From the IMG/VR virus record IMGVR_UViG_3300022866_000322, positions 124,001-188,000 of that record: 64,000 nucleotides of DNA; one strand, given 5' to 3'. The notes beneath the pieces are model-generated. The model was not told the origin of the DNA and did not search any database. It worked only from the letters and a program-made list of their open reading frames with translations. Below, one piece after another: positions 60,801 to 64,000 of the stretch (its first letter is position 1; the number at the start of each line of letters is the position of its first letter). The position numbers and the translations under genes were made by a program.

Positions 60801-62989
60801 AATGCTCTGGTAATAGTAGTGTCTAAAATGTCGACAGGTAACTTAGCAACTGCTCCGCTATTATATAATTGGTAATCTGCGTCAAATTCAATAATTGGTC
60901 TGCTGGCACGTTGTGCTTGATCTAATAATACTTCTTGATCAAGATACCCTGCTGTCTTTTCTATAACATCTATGTGTACCCATCTATTGCCACGGCTCCA
61001 TGCATTTCTGTCCAGGCTAGATCTGTTTACTGTGATGTAATCTTGGTACTCTGGTTGTAAATATACTTCAAAACTTGCGCCTGAGCCCGACCCGCCTGTT
61101 ACCGAAACAGGATTAGTAGGTAATACTGTGTAGTTTCCTCGTTGTTTAATCTTAAATGTCTTTATTGATCCAGACTCCGGGGCTGTTACTGTAATTATAG
61201 GATTAGCCTCGTATCCACTGCCGCCACTTGCTAGTGTAACTGCTGTAACAACACCATTTGTCAATGTTGCTGTGGCACTAGCCAAACTTCCAAATGCACT
61301 TGATGGATTTGCAAAAGTTAACGTTGGCGTTGCTAAGTAACCGCTACCGCCATCTACAATAGTTACCGCCGTGACTGCCCCTGAAGAAGGATCTATAGTT
61401 GCTGACAATACCGCGGTATCTTTAGTTATGCTATCAACTACTGCTATTGCCGCAGTAGTAAAAGTTCCGCCTTGGATAGTGACTCTATCATTGACTTGAT
61501 AGTTTAGTCCTCCAGCTGTAACAAAACTATCGTTTAGAGTTTCCACACTGATTAGCTCGTCTTCAGGCACTAGTCTGATTCCTGTGCCTACACCTTCGAT
61601 ATAATAGTTTTTGTTTCGATAACTTGCTGTAACTGTACTGTCAAAACTAATTTTTAAACCATTTGTAAATACCACACCGTTAGGACTTGTGTAATTTATT
61701 TCGCCTACTATGTCCCTATCAGGATCTATAGTGTCAACTACAGCATCAACAATGTTTATGATGCCACTGGCACCTGAATCAGCTTGATTTTGGTAATATA
61801 AATTTGTTAATGGGGCAGTAATGTATGGTACAAGTTCATAAACAGAGTTTCTAACAAACCACTGTTTACTTGCGTATGTAGCGCCACCTTTAATTCTTAC
61901 TTTATTGTTTTCAGGCACAGCAATTTTACGTACCAAGAAAATTCTATCATTGCCGGCAGCGTCAGGCTGTATTGACACAGTGTAAACAGAAGTCCTTTCG
62001 GATAACGGAATTTGTACACTCTGATCCAAGTATACGACACCTTCCTCAGTTCTAGCAACATCAATCCAGAAACTATCATCAATGTAATTTCTATTAACGA
62101 ATACAACTGTAGCACCATCTAAATATGCAACAGGACCATCAATGCCGCCGTATGTGTCAATTAACTCCTGTGGCTTGGCTCCTTGCACTTGATTAAATGC
62201 CAAATCAGTAGCATAACTTACTGCTTCTACTGTAGGGAGATCTAAAAAGCTATCTTGCGCTGTTGCGCCAGGTACCGTGAAAGTTACAGTGCCCGAGTCA
62301 GTTCCATTATTCGAAACTCCCAGTACTCCCCTAGTTTCAACGTTACTCAGATCAGGATCTATACCGTCCTTGCCTGGCTTGCCTTGTATCCAGAAGTTGT
62401 TTCCTGGGTTATTAATTACAAACTCGTATACTCCGCCACGTGCTAGTGCAATACTTGGGTTAGGCACGTTGTCACTGCCAGTAAATTCAAAAGCGTTGTT
62501 TACAGGATTATATGTTACAGTAAACGTCTGGGGTGTGCTTATGCCACTGGATGTAATTTGTACTGGGTTAGGTCCTGAACTTAACCAATAGTACTGGCTG
62601 AAGTTTACAAATTTATCAAAACTTAACTTAGGATCATACGTATAAAACTCATTGTCGAACAATCTGTTGTGATTGTTTGTTAGGCCGCCTTCGTATCCAA
62701 TTTTATTAACAATGTCTACATAAGTTGTTGCATAGTCTACTTTGTTAGTTATTTGATCTTTAATTATCACGCCAGGTTCTAGCTGATAGTCTGCTCTCGA
62801 TGCAGTTGGTTCAGATACATAGCTATCAGTTGCTTTATAAGAAGGTGCTAGTTTTCTACCAATGTAACCATTGACTTGTTTAAGTTGTGGTTCATTAACT
62901 AGCTGATCAACTGTAGCGTTTAAAAACTTTTTATTAGTATCAGTTTGAAAAACGTCAGGTAAAAACTGGTGAGTTTTGAATGCTGCCAT
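48830..62989 (-). CDS. Giant (4719 aa) virion structural protein, baseplate-wedge-like, with beta-propeller and other repeats
   Basis: Uninterrupted ORF; FGxSxA (FG-GAP-like) repeats, GGSGY..P repeats, DGT[KR]MY propeller repeats; structural context. Confidence 0.75.
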   Translation of the reverse strand: MAAFKTHQFLPDVFQTDTNKKFLNATVDQLVNEPQLKQVNGYIGRKLAPSYKATDSYVSEPTASRADYQLEPGVIIKDQITNKVDYATTYVDIVNKIGYEGGLTNNHNRLFDNEFYTYDPKLSFDKFVNFSQYYWLSSGPNPVQITSSGISTPQTFTVTYNPVNNAFEFTGSDNVPNPSIALARGGVYEFVINNPGNNFWIQGKPGKDGIDPDLSNVETRGVLGVSNNGTDSGTVTFTVPGATAQDSFLDLPTVEAVSYATDLAFNQVQGAKPQELIDTYGGIDGPVAYLDGATVVFVNRNYIDDSFWIDVARTEEGVVYLDQSVQIPLSERTSVYTVSIQPDAAGNDRIFLVRKIAVPENNKVRIKGGATYASKQWFVRNSVYELVPYITAPLTNLYYQNQADSGASGIINIVDAVVDTIDPDRDIVGEINYTSPNGVVFTNGLKISFDSTVTASYRNKNYYIEGVGTGIRLVPEDELISVETLNDSFVTAGGLNYQVNDRVTIQGGTFTTAAIAVVDSITKDTAVLSATIDPSSGAVTAVTIVDGGSGYLATPTLTFANPSSAFGSLASATATLTNGVVTAVTLASGGSGYEANPIITVTAPESGSIKTFKIKQRGNYTVLPTNPVSVTGGSGSGASFEVYLQPEYQDYITVNRSSLDRNAWSRGNRWVHIDVIEKTAGYLDQEVLLDQAQRASRPIIEFDADYQLYNSGAVAKLPVDILDTTITRAFQQVQGVVSVDTTVFTIGTLTLTTGDRVIFASDLDDNVRNKIYNFTIEKAIDDPSDVYKAYLVEADDATVVDNNTVLVLSGTNGGKQWYFNGFSWTIAQEKTANNQEPLFDVVDSKGISYSDASTFTGTTFTGSKIFSYKRGTGSNDTVLGFPLSYKNFTNQGDIEFENTFDSQTFTYLAGTNNVVTPQKVNAGYLQKNVSTTTCARDNVWEIATNFSKQFKIYDFVYDGVTNLFPIDNLPDVSTNFPHIKVYVNNKIVSVGNFATTKVVDKFAVLVNPDLITKNDAVFVAIFNKDIPVTANAHYEVPINLDINTLNKNLSTVTLGQMRNHLIELKNNSLRVVGTVPGSSNLRDIVYKNTSGSILQHSAPAVYAGLFLNHPTMDSINAIKLANREYSKFRKNFLEVAGKIELDLNNVQTSFDAVLLQMHSVKNSSFPWFRSDMIPHGDDNRSLIPTYTVLDPEITAYEITSIFNDTIPSNKSVLVYVTRTVDDVTTKTLVVKGRDYTFNTDRAAITFTSNFRLLFEDKIDIVEYSDTDGSFIPETPTKMGMYPKFIPEKYLDNTLRTPANVIQGHDGSITPAFNDFRDDLLLELERRIYNNVKVEYDTDTFNIIDYVPGKFRDTDYTRAEFTQVLSQGFLAWVGTNRVDFSTNSYFSASDPFTWNYKAFRDIVNGETLPGTWRSIYRYFYDTDRPHTHPWEMLGFSKKPDYWETRYGVSPYTGGNSTLWSDLSIGYIHSGDRQGIDLRYQRPNLSEFIPVDDNGNLRSPEQMLVTDFDGSRANISYAVGDIGPVELAWRRSSEYPYALMLALALTKPARFYGLQADVHRYKRNSFTGQFEITDTSQHLTPTSLHVNGYVDANGVTQRTAGYLNWITDYITNLGAGSAPTVIQENLAKLNVQLLNKVAGYTDKKFIELLAEQSSPSSINNSVVIPDDNYALKIYKGSPIRKITYSAVIVQRTANGYTVSGYDITSPFFTIIPSEPNNNAYQVTDGDASAVIFRDFKKQKITIPYGFEFNSSQQVTDFLVGYQRFLQSQGFLFVDNDDSLKQQKDFILSVKEFLHWTTQGWRVNNILVLSPVSDTLKVFEQTAIVDEIKNAPFGSRVLDLNFKPINKNEFSVYREDNLFTFQSNAQKSVGFAELNLVQTEHLLILDNVTEFNDVIYVPELGNRQYRLKFVGYKTDSWNGSLELPGFMFSSDSIDAWGGGTDYLKGSIVQHKNRYYTALENITADPNFQTTKWKQFDKAELQSGMLRNLASNAQLGVSFYDIDNQPANEEIQLFSDGITGFRERQYFTDLGIDVTTQSKYYQGLITQKGTPNSINALEGGIFGNLDSDIDWYENWAMRVGEYGSLDTNAFIETPLSDTAITKNPTLIQFTDNNNAAQEGTVAIIENDIFKISGTYNANVFVTEDRTQFPLLRPLPVAGFVNLADVDTTLFNLNNYDSLSASIDKIGTGYKIWVAKDFNGSWNVFRATYIDGLVFILRSRDDGSAEVVFNENHGLAVDDVVVIKNFDDRFDGAYKVGNIIDTTRFSITITRNLEALQEEAVISGSGLLYRLSSAKISNPVDIQSVMPVSGWLENDKVWVENLDNDGNWGVYNKTSPWVYNSKAELDPSKLSGNDNFGRTVSIEPNLAQLMYVGSPGSGEGRVNAFTRSVTNSWTASFALSANSTGLDSFGYKVVNAQGYVAVSAPDSSSGKGYVYIFKDGIIQQILTDAAGSASDLFGSSLAISRDANYLYIGASGANKVFCYQLNLRTAVDPVLLPVERYNLVLDANVSVAVNDTITYQSPGTTSSASGTVVFDSTRVLTNTNVVIITGNVAAFTDTDLIAINGANVAANIVSDTQSVATGTFSNVSILTSDPTEVFVYSQLRAVEYVPTIEYSVSGETITFVTPPATNDVIQVFTRGSFYTNLTTITGNASTNFGSSLATNSDGSVLTVGSDTAVVGTQGNDGLLYAYHRTITEFTTDGTSASFTAPDAFANSYRVLLNGVELTQDLDYYIIAPSTVQFPDVQTAGLTLTVETNNFVQDQIISPSLTGINGQRFGTDIQLCGTGCNLYGSAPSYFANQYSSGAVYRLVNTGRVYGNVTGTVSNATVTSGDSIVINDRPVEFTGTTITDVANDINGTGIPGVTASNALVFISNVTSGETESHWRLQITSNVQVATEKLNITSASTGTGLTDLGIEIYKHTQVVTHPNQIGEKFGTAIGISQSVGKLAISSEGADTTTPTTFDIADTVTIFDSLSTTFVKIVKDSGAVYLYDLIANPYESEDNPSIFAFSQKLTAPGVETGDDYGADIDIVNDIMVIGVTNDSDITVGGGSVYTYYNEGSKPGWELLRYKEPRVAIDAINSAFIYNKTSETIINYLDILDPVKGKLLGAVEQELDYIEEFDPASYNTTTASTGISNDSFYWTTQQIGKTWWDTSVANFIDYEQSTLLYRSINWGSLFPGSTVTIYEWVESDVLPSQYVGNGGDGVPKNADDSAYTQSTFVDPGTGIIVSKYYYWVSGKTSVDPVTANRRISTTLLEQYIRSPKDQNIPYLGLTSPSSVNLYNINDKTTGSDVILHLDTTTVENNDQLIHNEFGLVQQGTTTSAIPQRVIDKLRDSLRGEDSTGRLVPDITLKPQDRLGILSRPRQGLFLDRSAALEVFVNEANRLLALHPVLLTTTATSLYVQQPFPASYDAQVASYTDVEYLDTTGFADGYTILIPQDSRYENRWSLLEFNGTSREFDLIRSQSYKTDLWWTPSEWYDSTYIAGNAIAHTVNTYGDIQKLVLANNDYIKILDDGAGNWSTYRYETTGQLSLIAAENATVTLSSLLYDTTITLGFDTAVFDAVAFDKQAGSEIGNIFDSLYTQIFINSLATDFNKLFFTIINYVFEEQKNPDWIFKTSFIDVLHNLRSLEQLPTYSKDNQDFYKQYIDEVKPYRTQLKEFTPVYTKTDTATGSWTDFDIPARWYAEENTFRSPNIQVTSDSTYFTTDLYQPYADNYKLKVGEIIVGNIGQNYTIAPNVEITGGGGSGANATATISAADGTVTSITVTKAGSGYTTTPNVVINGTGEGATAYAMLNSEFDSQGGYNTVRSIDSTIKFDRITYTSNVAQWTANVAYEDTVVVNGNFANSYDLNRIELDGNANVAPQDTTITDVFFKPDGTKMYIAGDTSNSVYEYTLGTPWEVTTASNVAVANVNVQDTSVQGLFFREDGSRMYTVGDTSNSVYEYRLATPWFVNTAANISVVSINSQETSATSVEFSTDGTRMYVLGTANDTVFEYELSIPWLASSATYSTRSKSVASEENIPTGMRFREDGKELFVTGQQYNKIWSYTLSTAWDISTATLNNSADLNATNPTGLYMRHDGTRLFVADDVGNFVQQYDFNSNGITQIDGNLYITSGNIIFYNNTAYLATNANVSSQTVFDFTRFTEIDSGNVLLSAADRITSYYVPSFGRPGKDINQLMFGTSYPGNKISGETFTSNSFTLTSNVIGFNYTGHKITSANTQQVDFVDRGFNLNDPIKIEGMYETFNFENNATFRVVSVSRDEMMLSGQPIESIVTLSLGESISANEGDYITQTNSTANARVLNNYTSVKEIAVIQEKQGFLELDANVVRVNGVATTANVMDVLGSGTANVKISNLYIDDLLDSNIASFYTDTALGTRPEDINIAGGFYLDAYNSHAPEELVPGRMYDTLEMRVFTNTASNTASYGFRVFEPMDRDRSYYRISANSTTTLTANLALDDVNIFVDNAALLPDPGTGVGGSPGEVFINGELIYYYQKYDDAKMLSADVWTANTEFATDSLITYSSNVFLVLGNVFANANAYINTSNVKQVFANTISQLRRGVDGTGANVHYANARVVDSSLAQQLPNIALATTNSLTGEKKVAANVTWRVSLNNTISANIGDYITQTGPTANVRILETVANANVVAVDFVDGNLRIANANVSINGTTTTANVSALNILGEVLSTGNVSVTGKTIKQDYLWKAYGTGDTLDSSTTEWAEYIKAERSYTP
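50712..51410 (-). repeat. Five tandem ~49-aa beta-propeller repeats inside the giant protein
   Basis: FKPDGTKMY, FREDGSRMY, FSTDGTRMY, FREDGKELF, MRHDGTRLF; the first four are followed by [EY]Y.L..[PA]W-type segments. Confidence 0.8.
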
Positions 62990-63000
62990 TGCTTATCTTC

Positions 63001-63999
63001 CTATACCCTATTAAGTTGTCCTGCTGTAATAGCAGAAATAATTTGTACATCATTAACTGTTGCCGCACTTATAAGAATCTCGTTTGGCTCTGTGTTAATC
63101 TGATATAAGTTACCAAAACTGTTTGACCCCGTATTAGGTACAATTATGATACTACTCACTGTTGGTGTTAATTCACTATGCAAATATGCACTTAGTTCAC
63201 TCATGTAAAATGATTCTCCGAAGTCCCAGTTGTTGATATCAAAGTAAGTGTTGATAGATTCAATTATTAAACTCTTTACTTCGTTATCACTTACGTTGGA
63301 ACTAGGATTCTTAACCACTTTAAATGTTGCTCGCAACTCTGTCTCTGCTTTGCTACCAAACAAAGGTTTGAACGTTGCCGCGTTGTATATTAAACTGTCA
63401 CTTACAGTTTTAAGATTTTCGATAGTGCTGTATGCTGTTTGTAAGTCTTCACTGGTTGGTGCAACCGGCTCTGGCAATGTTGCTGTTGTATCTGTAATGT
63501 ATGCAGTGTAGTCGTCACCATATGCCTTGGTTAATATATACAGATCTATTAGGTTGTTTGGACTAGGATCTATTCTATTATTGTTTGGACTATTATGCTT
63601 GTATTGAAATGATACCTGCTCTCTACCAATTCTGGCAATGTAATTTGTAAGTAACGTTATTGCAGTGCCGCTGGATCGGAAAAACTTATTGTCAGTGTAC
63701 GCATAAAAGATTGTATCAATTGCGTACAAAGATATGTTGTTTAGAACGTCGCTTTCAGTTGCATAACTAGAAACTATGTCTGTCTTTGCAACAGGATCGT
63801 ATTGCAGGAAGTTTACGGTATCTTGCGACTCTACAAAATATATATACTTGTTCTGTGGATTAACTGTAGGGGCAACAAACGTAACAAACAAGTCAGGATC
63901 GTCAGGTACACCATCTAAATTTTCATCTGGGAACGTAACTAATATTTTCCTATTATCAACAGTGCCATCTTCGGCGATAACACGATTGTCGATAGCCCA
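63001..63999 (-). CDS. Baseplate wedge-like structural protein, C-terminal part (5' end beyond window)
   Basis: Frame open to the window edge (WAIDNRVIAEDG...); RIDPSPNNLID, NWDFGESFY.SEL; next to the giant structural gene. Confidence 0.6.
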   Translation of the reverse strand, partial: WAIDNRVIAEDGTVDNRKILVTFPDENLDGVPDDPDLFVTFVAPTVNPQNKYIYFVESQDTVNFLQYDPVAKTDIVSSYATESDVLNNISLYAIDTIFYAYTDNKFFRSSGTAITLLTNYIARIGREQVSFQYKHNSPNNNRIDPSPNNLIDLYILTKAYGDDYTAYITDTTATLPEPVAPTSEDLQTAYSTIENLKTVSDSLIYNAATFKPLFGSKAETELRATFKVVKNPSSNVSDNEVKSLIIESINTYFDINNWDFGESFYMSELSAYLHSELTPTVSSIIIVPNTGSNSFGNLYQINTEPNEILISAATVNDVQIISAITAGQLNRV

Positions 64000-64000
64000 T

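Noticed and set aside
43187-62591. Many 60-180 aa plus-strand ORFs opposite the structural genes
   Set aside because: Antisense shadows of G/T/A/N-rich coding sequence, with no RBS or motifs.
1-64000. tRNA/rRNA genes, introns/inteins, transposases, alternative genetic code
   Set aside because: None recognised by eye. Conserved genes such as thyA are uninterrupted and long ORFs are intact under code 11. tRNAscan/Infernal would be needed for full exclusion.

Overview
Gene-dense, AT-rich (~38-40% GC by eye) segment of a large tailed phage genome, T4-like/jumbo myovirus style. A lipoprotein/outer-membrane-type gene and sigma70 promoters suggest a Gram-negative host. The + strand (1-21.2 kb) carries metabolic and replication accessory genes: galE end, DegT-like proteins, folE/queD/queE 7-deazaguanine precursor genes, PRTase, 2OG-Fe(II) oxygenase, cupin, 5'-3' exonuclease/RNase H, MBD4-like glycosylase, a MoxR AAA + VWA pair, DHFR, thyA and an NDP-sugar epimerase. 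The - strand runs from virion structural genes (64-42.9 kb: baseplate-like, a 4719-aa giant protein, tail-fibre-like proteins) into a ~21.6-kb tailoring-enzyme cluster (42.8-21.2 kb). That cluster has several glycosyltransferase-like proteins, seven tandem radical SAM enzymes with an N-terminal Cys (SPASM/Twitch-like) domain, three SGNH-like proteins, a 33-aa micropeptide, a NodU/CmcH carbamoyltransferase and an APS-kinase/nucleotidyltransferase module. It is the best candidate for an undescribed system, possibly radical-SAM-tailored glycan decoration of the virion or DNA. Other notable items: a structured leader occluding the queD ribosome-binding site, a chimeric FG-GAP lipoprotein with a vestigial subtilase tail, perfect sigma70 promoters inside inverted repeats, two divergent genes sharing one CATG, and a frameshifted ORF between DHFR and thyA. 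No tRNA, rRNA, CRISPR array or transposase was recognised. All assignments are motif-based, without database searches.
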